IMG/VR virus record: IMGVR_UViG_3300033062_002302
DNA: 64,000 nt
Origin: a virus
Taxonomy: Duplodnaviria; Caudoviricetes
Direction: 5' to 3' (one strand)
Shown here one piece after another: positions 41,901 to 51,023 of this stretch. Positions within the stretch are counted from its first letter, which is position 1. Every line of letters starts with the position of its first letter. The translations under genes and the position numbers were made by a program. The notes under the pieces are model-generated. The model had not been told where the DNA came from, ran no database searches, and saw nothing but the letters and a program-made list of their open reading frames with translations.

Positions 41901-44900
41901 ATACAAGGTCCGACCATTACGGCAATTAAAAATATTGTTAATAAAATATCTCATATTGATCCTGAAATTGTCGAATCAGTCTTTCAAAATTGGTCATTAG
42001 GAACAAGCTTTTTAAATCCAAGAGGATTTGAAACGACCGGAAGCTTTGAGCTTTTGCCAGCCAAATATGGCAATGGAGCATTAATTAATGCCGAAGGTCA
42101 ATCTATTACATTACCAGTCTCTTCTAATTTAAGACTAGAAAAAGGGTCATTGGAATGTTGGGTCATTCCAGAATGGAATGGAATTGACAATGATGCGGAT
42201 ATAACATTCACTTTAACTAGAGATGGTTATCAGATTGAATCTAATTACATTTTTATTGGTTCAGCCGAATACCATCCTATTCTTAATTTAGATGGAACGT
42301 TTTCATTAAATAAATTAAGTAATGCGGCAGGCGCTCCTAATAAGAACAAAGACGGTATTTTCATTTATTATAATGATGATCCTGCTCAAGATTATAAGCG
42401 CTGGTATTTAGATGTTGTTGATGGGTATTCTTTTGGTCAAGTTGATGGCTATTCTACAACTTATTCTCTTAAAGTTAGTACGCCCAACGGAATGTTTTAT
42501 GATGTCAAGGCAATAGATAATCCTAAGCCTTCTAACATGAAGATTACGTCAGGAACAAGCAATATTTCAGTTTCTATTACGGATACAGCTCGATTCAATG
42601 AAGGCTTTACTTTCATCTCAGATCGAGAGCATTATCTCTTTGATTTTGGTGAAAAGAAAAATAAATGTCGGTTTTCTATTTACAAGGATCCAAGCGGATA
42701 TTTAAATTTTAGAATATTTGACCGAGATGGAGTCAGCTATTCTATCGGCGCAGATGTTTCTTCTTGGCAAGCTCATGAAAAGCACCATGTTGCAACCGCC
42801 TGGAAGTTAAACGACAAGCTTGAGAGAGATGAATTACATTTATTCATTGATGGTCAAGAAGTTCCAAATATTATTAGATATGGAACTAAAGTTAGCCCTT
42901 ATCTTCATGAAAGATATCGAACTATTAATCCAGAAGAGATAGCTGGATTTACTCCTAAGACTATTATTGGCTCTATTGATTTGGTAACTACTGCTGGAAG
43001 TCCAACTGTCACTTCTCTCATTAATTTTGACGCCTATGGAATACTAGCTGGCGACACTATTACGATTGATGAAGTAGGATTTAATCCATCTGGCTATTCA
43101 ATTTTAACAGTTGCAGGTCAAACTTTGACCTTGTCTAGCAACATGCCTCTATCTTTAGAAGACGCTAAGTTCTCAGTTAATAAAACAGATTTAACGCTGT
43201 TAACTGCGGTAGATATTTATCCTAATATTGCAGTTTCAACCATTTCATCTTTCTTAGATGGCTATGACTTAATAACTAACGACGGTTATGACGCCGTCAC
43301 TTCATCTTCTATTGACTTTGAATTATTTGATGTTATTCCAGGAGATCTATTACGAATCGATGATGGATACTATGAAAATCATTATACTATTTTAGATGTT
43401 GATGGATATACTTTAACTCTAAATGATGATATGCCAGCAACGAATTCTGGCTTAGATTTCTTTGTTTATCATAATGAAGATGTTGAAATTCCAGGACTAA
43501 GAGCCTTGAGACCATCATATTCTTTATCTAAAGATGGTTATTATAATAATGTTCTTTCACTTGAGAATGATGTTCAAGCTAATGATTTAATTTTAATTAA
43601 AACCTTAGGTTTAAATCATAAAAGAATTAAACAAAAATATTATGAATGGGGAGATGGATATAACAATGTTATTAAAACAACATTGCCCCCACCAATTTCA
43701 TTAAATGAAGTTAGTATTATTCATGGTATTCTATTAAATAAATTAGTGAATTCAAGCAATTCAACTCTCTTGGGAAATGACTTTACTTCATCTTCTTTCT
43801 CTGGAGAACAGCCATCTCTTTCAGATTCTGGAAGGACTCTAGCGGTTGATATTTCAAGTGGCAATCTAGATTTTAGCACTTCAGTTACCGTTACAATTAG
43901 TGGCGATGTTAACGGAAGTCCAACAAGCGAAGTATTAACTTTTACTCAAATAGAAAAAAAGAATACGTTAAATAAGTTTGAAACTATTACAGGTATTGTT
44001 GTTGCAGGTAAAGTTATTAATACTAATAGGTCTTATTTGGTTTTAAATGTTAAAGAGGCTTATTCTATTACTTACTCTGAAGGCAGCTCATTATATCCTG
44101 CCATTCGTTATTCTTATCAGTCTCGTGCAGGCATTGCTTTGACTGGACTTGGTGGAGCAACAGTTACAGACCTTGATGTCTTATTTAGCTCGACTGATAT
44201 TGGGAACTATCTTGTTATTGCAAGCCCAGGACCAGCTGCTGGAACTTATTTGATTTCTGGCGTTTCCGATGATAGAAACTCTATTAATATTGATGGGTAC
44301 ATTCCTCCTTTTAGCAATGGCATTTTTCAAATTTTAAATACAACTTCTTCTAGAAGCGGATTTCAAAATGGATTCTTCTTATTAGAAGAAGCTAATGACC
44401 CAGGAGTTCCATACCTATTAAAATCAGGAACTTATGAATTTGATTTTTATACCTGGACCAGTATTAAATTTAATCCAGTAAATTCATTAGCTTATGTTGG
44501 TTCGGATATTTTCAATAAAAACCATCTTAATGGAGTAATTGATGAATTAAAGATTAGTTCTAATCAATTGACAGATTTAAGAATTGGTGAAACCGCTCAA
44601 GTTAAACAAAACTACATTACTAAAGACTTCAATTCATTAAAAGAATTATCTTTTGATTCTAATACATTAGTTTTATCACACTTTGATTCATTTCCTTTTG
44701 TTAATGAAGCTGATTTTTATGTAATGTCAGAAGGAAAGAATTTTGTTCAGTCTGATGTTTCTGTTAATGATAATTTCTCTCAGAGTCTTGCAATTATTGA
44801 CAAGCCTTTTATCATTGATAATGATGGGGTCTTAGATACGCGCAAAGAAGGAACGATTGAATTTTGGGTTAATTCATTATATGATACTACGAACGATCCA

Positions 44901-46085
44901 ACTCATCGATTTTATTTTGATGCGGCAGGAATCAATTTAGAGACGGTCACGAGCCTTGATGATTCGACTCTTCAGATTTCAGGAAGAGCGGCTCAAGTTG
45001 TTTCAGTTAAACTAAAAAATGGCGATCAAAGAATTGATTACTTTGCTGGTGGAGCTATTGAAACTTCAACCGAGGGCGCTATTGCTGAAACAACAATGAG
45101 TATAACGGATAGTACCGTTAGCACTTCTAAGAAGATTCTTCAAGTAGTGACAGTTAAAATTGTTGGAGACCCAACCGGAACAGATTATTTTGCAGGCGGT
45201 GGAGTTAGTCAGGATGGTCGAACTATTTACCTAGCCAGAACTTTGCCTCAGTCTAGTTTGAATCTAATTGTTGTTTATAAATCAGCTGAATCAGGATCTA
45301 AAACCTTTAATAGTCAAGTTATTAGATTAAAGAAAAGACTACCAAATCAAAATAGCCAGGTTGTTGTAACTTATATCCCTAGCGGTCTTCATGGAGATAG
45401 AATGTCTATCTATAAAGATGAGTCTGGATATGTTAATTTCAACGTTAGAGCCAATGACTTCGATTATCAGGTCCGAGCCCCCATTTTCTGGTCAGCTAAT
45501 TCCTGGCATAGAATTAAAGCGACTTACTCTATAAATGGAGGAAGAAGCAACGATCAGCTACATCTTTTCATTGATGGGTATGAGTATAAAAACATTCTTT
45601 TTGGAACCGGACTCCTATTTGGAGACCCATATGTTGTTGGCTCTTCTTACTCTGGAACCTCGGCTATGATGGTTGATATTAAGTTTAAAGATGTTCCAAC
45701 GGAATTGTTTATAGGAACTGAATTTAATGGTAAAAATGCTGCTAATGCCTTAATTGATAATTTAAGAATTAGCAATATCGCTCGTCCCTTGTTCGCTCCA
45801 TTTGGAGAATCAATAGATGTCAATTATTCTAGCAATTTAGACATTGTTTTTCCAGTAACAGAAGATTTATACACGACCTATCTGCTTGATTTTAATACCA
45901 TTTTGGCTAAAAATGACGATTTCGTTATGCTAAAAAATAAAAATTCAGGAATATTTGATTTTGAAGTTAATGTTTTTGATTCATTCGATTTAATCAAAGA
46001 TAATAATAGAGTCAAAGAGATATTAGAGGTCTTATTAAAAGCCTTAAAACCTGCTAATAGTCGTATTTTTATTAAGTATGAATAA
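38958..46085 (+). CDS. Giant baseplate wedge protein (gpI/gp7-like) with two LamG-like domains
   Basis: YRDSLSAALESFIQGPTITAIK and terminal LKALKPANSRIFI motifs; GSLECWV/GTIEFWV, LHLFIDG x2, IDELKIS/IDNLRIS LamG elements. Confidence 0.7.
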   Translation: MDNLRIIGVEVIDSVTLVAKFSHKLDSSIGASNVTITSQLDSVPSPNVLKAEVNSETLVITCQPMTPQAPYFIKFLSLPAIPFKSVNATAIMLNDDVSNQYYIIGPIEAGNIIQDLLIDYLRETPLNVTDNTTIVNKVLQSYSLLYSKALYDIKQLKNENYLSFDVLDEEKTRQEGPFDRLLEEGAYQITRVGKTPTGFSATLDFNFEEFPDFPVSLLKEEVSELLNIDFEDNDNTFNINTFTLNVSKTNVSKLLSVIFHYNNGHLDYEYPIETLGYQITNSKYDKDYGFSYLVLLTDQFRLSEAILNDPDFSNQNISYVEVTYEYRNLGRIIDEDSVTASTILSVSREPLPPIINIFNLKHAPIVDQNGDIYTTGGATFIDPNAYLTTDKHPAFLYEIAFRLNALPRRPGEYCIDYETGTVYVFGEDADNDGTGPQPPLISYDYQFTYVSQVDYVYDASSGDLVALPNGNLVSQEGDITFNYEEVLVPDLDYRATVHQENLSERIENKLLALNVVKAANSPITNVFRIFNETSGEIYSPIRWSNDKIYFSYNTPPNVLPFTGEKVSFKDSLNEILFVNQELTNGSSIRIFKCLLSDNNLVSGSEDCLASSINNSINLSNDDVFVNQKWFDPFLTESQNIDKLDVVGQYKIDYANGIVYVAVSPGQSIEIGTITYKTKLIDPINSHVISVDDIYYQTSILNPKDKTFEYTSFGEGFIQPLDLDASDEGYLNETETSPYQVNSTKVGAFVDAVFVPGVSQNIKFIRSLYELNDLQNSYSPINFMEACTFDGRVITVSPIEKTEYNIVEYNISDGYFITINLAQPYLSSNIEFNVSIIRNSDAQELWDNSGIVVAGDQVKLKLSGVNSPNAGDSVITSWSLTIDDLSRIIVDYNKGDLYIDYTYLADEILISYEYGENHIDFRQSESVSPGSTYYVSYKVGALRDALLKNFGSLVNIPELSNFDINLNRERYRDSLSAALESFIQGPTITAIKNIVNKISHIDPEIVESVFQNWSLGTSFLNPRGFETTGSFELLPAKYGNGALINAEGQSITLPVSSNLRLEKGSLECWVIPEWNGIDNDADITFTLTRDGYQIESNYIFIGSAEYHPILNLDGTFSLNKLSNAAGAPNKNKDGIFIYYNDDPAQDYKRWYLDVVDGYSFGQVDGYSTTYSLKVSTPNGMFYDVKAIDNPKPSNMKITSGTSNISVSITDTARFNEGFTFISDREHYLFDFGEKKNKCRFSIYKDPSGYLNFRIFDRDGVSYSIGADVSSWQAHEKHHVATAWKLNDKLERDELHLFIDGQEVPNIIRYGTKVSPYLHERYRTINPEEIAGFTPKTIIGSIDLVTTAGSPTVTSLINFDAYGILAGDTITIDEVGFNPSGYSILTVAGQTLTLSSNMPLSLEDAKFSVNKTDLTLLTAVDIYPNIAVSTISSFLDGYDLITNDGYDAVTSSSIDFELFDVIPGDLLRIDDGYYENHYTILDVDGYTLTLNDDMPATNSGLDFFVYHNEDVEIPGLRALRPSYSLSKDGYYNNVLSLENDVQANDLILIKTLGLNHKRIKQKYYEWGDGYNNVIKTTLPPPISLNEVSIIHGILLNKLVNSSNSTLLGNDFTSSSFSGEQPSLSDSGRTLAVDISSGNLDFSTSVTVTISGDVNGSPTSEVLTFTQIEKKNTLNKFETITGIVVAGKVINTNRSYLVLNVKEAYSITYSEGSSLYPAIRYSYQSRAGIALTGLGGATVTDLDVLFSSTDIGNYLVIASPGPAAGTYLISGVSDDRNSINIDGYIPPFSNGIFQILNTTSSRSGFQNGFFLLEEANDPGVPYLLKSGTYEFDFYTWTSIKFNPVNSLAYVGSDIFNKNHLNGVIDELKISSNQLTDLRIGETAQVKQNYITKDFNSLKELSFDSNTLVLSHFDSFPFVNEADFYVMSEGKNFVQSDVSVNDNFSQSLAIIDKPFIIDNDGVLDTRKEGTIEFWVNSLYDTTNDPTHRFYFDAAGINLETVTSLDDSTLQISGRAAQVVSVKLKNGDQRIDYFAGGAIETSTEGAIAETTMSITDSTVSTSKKILQVVTVKIVGDPTGTDYFAGGGVSQDGRTIYLARTLPQSSLNLIVVYKSAESGSKTFNSQVIRLKKRLPNQNSQVVVTYIPSGLHGDRMSIYKDESGYVNFNVRANDFDYQVRAPIFWSANSWHRIKATYSINGGRSNDQLHLFIDGYEYKNILFGTGLLFGDPYVVGSSYSGTSAMMVDIKFKDVPTELFIGTEFNGKNAANALIDNLRISNIARPLFAPFGESIDVNYSSNLDIVFPVTEDLYTTYLLDFNTILAKNDDFVMLKNKNSGIFDFEVNVFDSFDLIKDNNRVKEILEVLLKALKPANSRIFIKYE

Positions 46086-46118
46086 TAGATATAATTTGAT
46101 ATATGATAAAGAGAGAAC

Positions 46119-49100
46119 ATGACTAAAAGAAGCCCTATTTCTGGTTTGCAGAATCTATATTCCGATGCGGAGCAGTTGGATGATTCTGATTTAACGGCAG
46201 AACAAAGTTATAATAATAGCATTCAAAATGCCATTATTAATAATCATGTTGGGATAGGTGTCTTACCAGAAGTTTTAAATCAAAACATCTTATTCGATTC
46301 TTTATTGGTTTCTGGCTTATTAGATGGAACTAATATTGCCCCGCAGGCTCAGCCCACCGATTCTAATCAGGGGAATCAGCTTGAAATTGAATTAAAAAAT
46401 TCAAAAGCGGCAGGTAAGAGAACCGTTAAAATAGCTATTATTGGTTTAGATTTTGAAAATAATCTTCAATATGATACTTTGGTTTTTAAAGCCAATGAAG
46501 TTCAAATAACCAAAAAGCATTATACGAATATACTTGCTATTTTCTTTAATGATTTTATTGGAACGACAATCCAATCTTTTAATTTGGGTGGTCAAGTTAT
46601 TATTAAAGAGGCTAAGCCATTTAGTCTTTCTAGAGACCCAATTATGGCAGCTCAAGATATCGAGCCCAATCTTTTTTGGCGAGATTTCTTTGTTAGCTCT
46701 GTTTCATCTTTAACAACTCTATTAACTAATTCGCTGCCACTTTATAATATTGATAATTTAAATATCAATACTGGATATAAAGAAAATAAAGTTTTAGAAG
46801 AAAATGATGTTACTACTCAAATTGGTCAAAAATTTCTAGCAACGACCAATAATATTCAAAAAATTTCATTATTATTATCTGTTCAAAATACCAATCCTGG
46901 CTTTGAAACGGACTTGGCTTGGGAAGGCGAGCTAGTTGTTAGCATTTTTCCTCTTCAATCGACCATTCAATGCTCGACTGATATTGTTCCAAATTTAGCT
47001 ATTGATTTTTCTCCATCTAATATTCCATTGGCTCAATTAAGCTTTGATTATGATAGTCTTCAAAGTCTTGGAACGACTCTTGATGGGAACCCTCAGCCAG
47101 TAGACTTTGTTTTTAGTAATACTCAAGTTGGAACTGGCAATGCTATTGTTCCAGGAAATTATTACGCTGTAACTTTAAAACGCTCTGGGTCAGCTAATAA
47201 ATGTGATATTTTAATAACGGCAGGAAGTAATATTAGCTCTGATTCTAGAGCAACAATGTTTACTGGAAGTGTTTGGGTTGATTTGCCAGACGATGATCTT
47301 TGGCATCGAGTCTTTACTGACGCAGCTAAGATTTCAGATGGTCAGGCATATGAAACTGGGCACGGAATTATTATTCCTAAAATTAATTTAGATTCAGAAA
47401 CGAATGCTCAAATTGATTATTCATTAGATGGAATTCAGTTTACTGGAACAGAATTATATACTGGCGTTGTTGCCGCCGAATTAGAGCAAAGCGTCCCAAT
47501 TCAGGATCAAAGAACCGGCAACCCGGTTAATTCTCGTCAGCAGTTCGTTCCCAAAGTTAAACTATTAAACCCAATAGATTTATCAAATCTTTCCAAGACG
47601 ACAGAGCCTTTTGTTGTTGGTCTTGTTGCAGATAAGAATAAAAAATCTTTTGAAGCTTCAAGCTCTGTTCTATCAGCCGGACTTCATTCTTGGACTTTCG
47701 TTAAAAACGAATTACAATTAAAAATCATTGATGATAGCACAGATGGATATCGATATGATTTAAATGTTAATGCTTTGGTAAACAATTTAGTAAATGGTGA
47801 TTTTACCAATGCTAAACTTATTCCAAACATTTCTGAGCCAAATACTTTTTATCGTGTAGCCAAAGCCGAATTATGCTCTATGATTTATGGAGATATTAAT
47901 GGTGATGGTGTTGTTGACGATGCTGATTTAGATCTTTATAATTTACTCTTAGGAATGGACCTTAATGTCTCTCCTCCGGCAATAAGCTCCATCTCAACAG
48001 ATGGATATGTTACGACTTATACAAATGGGTACCCATTCTATGCAGATCCTTTTGTTAATGACTTTACCGTTACTTTCCAGCTTGTTGATCCTGCAACTAA
48101 TTTAGTTGTCGCATCTGGAACTGACGGCATTTTAGTTGTTAATCCAAATGATGGTAGTTTAGCTACTTTTCAGAGCGCTTCAACTAATTTCTCAGCTATT
48201 ACCAATCTAATTAATTTAAAATTGGTAATTAGACTATCAACGAATGAATGTAATAATGGCGGTATTGAGATTACGAGCCTTAATACTTCTTCAAATTATA
48301 TTGTTAATTTAAGAAAAGTTCTATTAGATAGCGACAAAATATCTCAGATTTTAAGAGCAGATATCGATGGTGATTTTGAGATTACTGCAAATGACGGTTA
48401 TTATTTACAGAATTATATTTTAAAAGCTCCTCCATTTCCAGCGACAACTTCACCTGGGAATAAAATTGGAACATCATTTAATGTTCTTAAATTAAAGTTA
48501 GATCCATTCACCTATCAAGATGGGTATTTTACTCGGAATGACGATTTCTATCCAACCATCTCTAATCGTGGGACTGTTTTACATCCTATTCAAGATTTGT
48601 ATTTGGAAGATACTGGATTAGAAAATCATGACTTTAAAAATAACCCTATTACTTTTAATCTTGTTAAACAATTAACTTGGGAAGAAAGATTAATTTCAGT
48701 TGCAAGTAATGCTAGATTTGTTCCGACCATTTTTAGTTCTACATCTGGTCACGTTCATAACAGCTGTGAAATAGACGGTATTGTTTGTGATATTTATCCT
48801 CAGGGTCCAGAATTAGATCCAGGGACGATTAATGCTTTCGTTCCTAATAATCTTATTATTGGTGATGGTGGAGAGTTACAAAGACCAGATGGAAATCCAT
48901 ATAAAGTAGACTTTGAAGTTGGAACGATTGTCTTAGAAATTCCAGATGGAATTTTCGGAGAAGAGCGAACCTTAAATGTTTTTGATGACTTCGTTGCAGA
49001 TTATACTGGAAAAGGAATCACAAGGCTAGGCTTCCCGGCGCTTCGTTTTGCTGACTGTTCATTAGTTGAACAAGAGGCTTTACTTAATAATCAAGTTAGA

Positions 49101-49877
49101 TTCTCTGTTGCAGTTCAATCTTTTAGCCCAAATACTAATGGAACAGACTCAGATGGTTATTCAGGGGTTATCGTTGATGGTAAAATCGGCGTCTCCATGG
49201 ATTACGCAACTGGATTGTTAAGACTTAACTTCACGAACCTTTATGAAGATTCCGTTCTTCAGACTTTAAATACTAAAGTTCAAATTAACGTTTACCTTAA
49301 AAAAGGTGGGTTTAATAACTCTCCATTGTTTGTAGATTCGACCAAGGTTCAAAACTTATTAGAATTAATCAGCGTTTTCAATGAAAATAGCCCATTAGAA
49401 GGTTCAACCAATCACACTCAAGTTACTCAGCAAACGACGACAGAATGGAAAGATACGAGTTCTACTGATTATAGCGCTTCTGCTCCAAAGGCGTCTAAAC
49501 GCGAGAGGCGCCGTCAGTTTACGACCACTACTTCAACAGCCAATCAGGTTATTGAAGATGGCTATACGTTTGGCAATGTAGATTTCAGCTTATCAGATGA
49601 GGCGATTACGAGAGTCACCGCCTTGCTATTAGTTAAAAAATCCGGGACTGCATTTGGCGGTACCATTGAAATGAAGGCGGATTATATTAGAGAGGGAGCT
49701 GGACCCGTTTTAATTGGCGCCCCGACCATTACTTATAATTTGACTGGATCGACCTTGGACGGAACGACAGCTGATTTTAATATCAATGGAAATAAGATTG
49801 AGATTAGAGTTTCTCCTGAAAGCGCTGATATTTTGAATTGGCGAATCTTCCGGACTCAAAATGAAGGAATAGACTAA
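46119..49877 (+). CDS. Tail fibre/baseplate-attached protein with dockerin-like Ca-binding loops
   Basis: Follows wedge genes; YGDINGDGVVDDADL and RADIDGDFEITAND motifs. Confidence 0.55.
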   Translation: MTKRSPISGLQNLYSDAEQLDDSDLTAEQSYNNSIQNAIINNHVGIGVLPEVLNQNILFDSLLVSGLLDGTNIAPQAQPTDSNQGNQLEIELKNSKAAGKRTVKIAIIGLDFENNLQYDTLVFKANEVQITKKHYTNILAIFFNDFIGTTIQSFNLGGQVIIKEAKPFSLSRDPIMAAQDIEPNLFWRDFFVSSVSSLTTLLTNSLPLYNIDNLNINTGYKENKVLEENDVTTQIGQKFLATTNNIQKISLLLSVQNTNPGFETDLAWEGELVVSIFPLQSTIQCSTDIVPNLAIDFSPSNIPLAQLSFDYDSLQSLGTTLDGNPQPVDFVFSNTQVGTGNAIVPGNYYAVTLKRSGSANKCDILITAGSNISSDSRATMFTGSVWVDLPDDDLWHRVFTDAAKISDGQAYETGHGIIIPKINLDSETNAQIDYSLDGIQFTGTELYTGVVAAELEQSVPIQDQRTGNPVNSRQQFVPKVKLLNPIDLSNLSKTTEPFVVGLVADKNKKSFEASSSVLSAGLHSWTFVKNELQLKIIDDSTDGYRYDLNVNALVNNLVNGDFTNAKLIPNISEPNTFYRVAKAELCSMIYGDINGDGVVDDADLDLYNLLLGMDLNVSPPAISSISTDGYVTTYTNGYPFYADPFVNDFTVTFQLVDPATNLVVASGTDGILVVNPNDGSLATFQSASTNFSAITNLINLKLVIRLSTNECNNGGIEITSLNTSSNYIVNLRKVLLDSDKISQILRADIDGDFEITANDGYYLQNYILKAPPFPATTSPGNKIGTSFNVLKLKLDPFTYQDGYFTRNDDFYPTISNRGTVLHPIQDLYLEDTGLENHDFKNNPITFNLVKQLTWEERLISVASNARFVPTIFSSTSGHVHNSCEIDGIVCDIYPQGPELDPGTINAFVPNNLIIGDGGELQRPDGNPYKVDFEVGTIVLEIPDGIFGEERTLNVFDDFVADYTGKGITRLGFPALRFADCSLVEQEALLNNQVRFSVAVQSFSPNTNGTDSDGYSGVIVDGKIGVSMDYATGLLRLNFTNLYEDSVLQTLNTKVQINVYLKKGGFNNSPLFVDSTKVQNLLELISVFNENSPLEGSTNHTQVTQQTTTEWKDTSSTDYSASAPKASKRERRRQFTTTTSTANQVIEDGYTFGNVDFSLSDEAITRVTALLLVKKSGTAFGGTIEMKADYIREGAGPVLIGAPTITYNLTGSTLDGTTADFNINGNKIEIRVSPESADILNWRIFRTQNEGID

Positions 49878-49901
49878 GATATATTGATATATTAAGATCG
49901 C

Positions 49902-51023
49902 ATGAAGATCTTAATACATCAATTTCTTGGCAAAAATCATAGTTGGAGCGCCGTAGGGTGGGGAACGGCTAATGCTTTAATTAACCAAGGACATGAAGTT
50001 GAATTATTTTCAACGGATGGAATTGAGCATATTCCAAATAATTTAAGAAAGCATGTGATTGGGCATGTCGAAGAGAATAAGCCTGGCAAAATCTTTGGAA
50101 GATTACCGGGAACTTATGATTGTCAGATTAGTTATACTGCTATGCGAAACTTTCAGAAGTATTTAAGCTTTGGAAATAAAAATAGATTTGGTATTTGGAC
50201 CTATGAATGGAATGGAAAAAATGTTCTTCCTTCTGGTTTTGCCAAAGCTTATAAGAATTGCGATTACTTATGTGCTCCATCTCAATTCTCTAAAGATATT
50301 TTTATCAATTCAGGAATTCCTGGAGATAAAGTTCATGTCATTCCTCATGGAATTGGCTCTGAATTTTCTGGAGAATCTAAAATTGATCTTAAAACAAATA
50401 AGAAATTTAAAATATTAGCTAATATAGCTCAAAACCATATAAGGAAGAATATAAATGGTTTATTAGAAGCATATGGAAAAGCATTTAATAAAAATGATGA
50501 TGTTATTTTAATATTAAAATCAAAATTCAAACCTGTTAAATATGGGTTTGAAGTGTCTCTTCAAGAAATTGTGAGTTCATTCAAGAAGAAATATCCCGAC
50601 CATGCTGAGTTAAAAATTTTTGAACAATTTGTTCCGGACATCTCCTCCTTATATAGGAGTGTGGATACCGTCTTCTCGCTTTCTCACTGCGAAGGATTTT
50701 TAATGCCTGGGCTTGAATCATTGGCTTCTGGAAAAATTGTCATTGCTCCTAATTGGGGCGGTCAGGTTGATTTTTTAAATGATTCCAATGCTCTTCTTGT
50801 TTCCGGGAAAGAGGCACGAGCCAACCCGGCAAGCATGTACTGGGAATCAAAACAAAATGCAATTTGGTTTGTCCCGGATATAGAGGATGCAGCCAGCAAA
50901 TTAAGGTACGCTTACGATAATTTTATCTCTTTAAATGAGAGCGTCGAAAGCCAAAGAGAAGCTATATTAAAAAAATATAGTTGGGAATCCATCACAACTC
51001 AAATGTTGAATTTAACCAAATGA
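49902..51023 (+). CDS. Glycosyltransferase, GT4 (GT-B fold)
   Basis: APSQFSKD, VIPHG, RKNINGLL, EGFLMPGLESLASG (Ex7E), YSWE. Confidence 0.9.
   Translation: MKILIHQFLGKNHSWSAVGWGTANALINQGHEVELFSTDGIEHIPNNLRKHVIGHVEENKPGKIFGRLPGTYDCQISYTAMRNFQKYLSFGNKNRFGIWTYEWNGKNVLPSGFAKAYKNCDYLCAPSQFSKDIFINSGIPGDKVHVIPHGIGSEFSGESKIDLKTNKKFKILANIAQNHIRKNINGLLEAYGKAFNKNDDVILILKSKFKPVKYGFEVSLQEIVSSFKKKYPDHAELKIFEQFVPDISSLYRSVDTVFSLSHCEGFLMPGLESLASGKIVIAPNWGGQVDFLNDSNALLVSGKEARANPASMYWESKQNAIWFVPDIEDAASKLRYAYDNFISLNESVESQREAILKKYSWESITTQMLNLTK

Noticed and set aside
13047-49877. Extracellular contractile injection system or tailocin instead of a phage
   Set aside because: Contiguous with DnaB, loader, sigma factor, RNR, HNH endonucleases and a gpG/GT frameshift; capsid genes are probably outside the window
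1786-49877. DGY as a DNA-level repeat (GATGGNTAT)
   Set aside because: In the copies I checked, synonymous positions vary while the peptide is kept, so the constraint is on the protein
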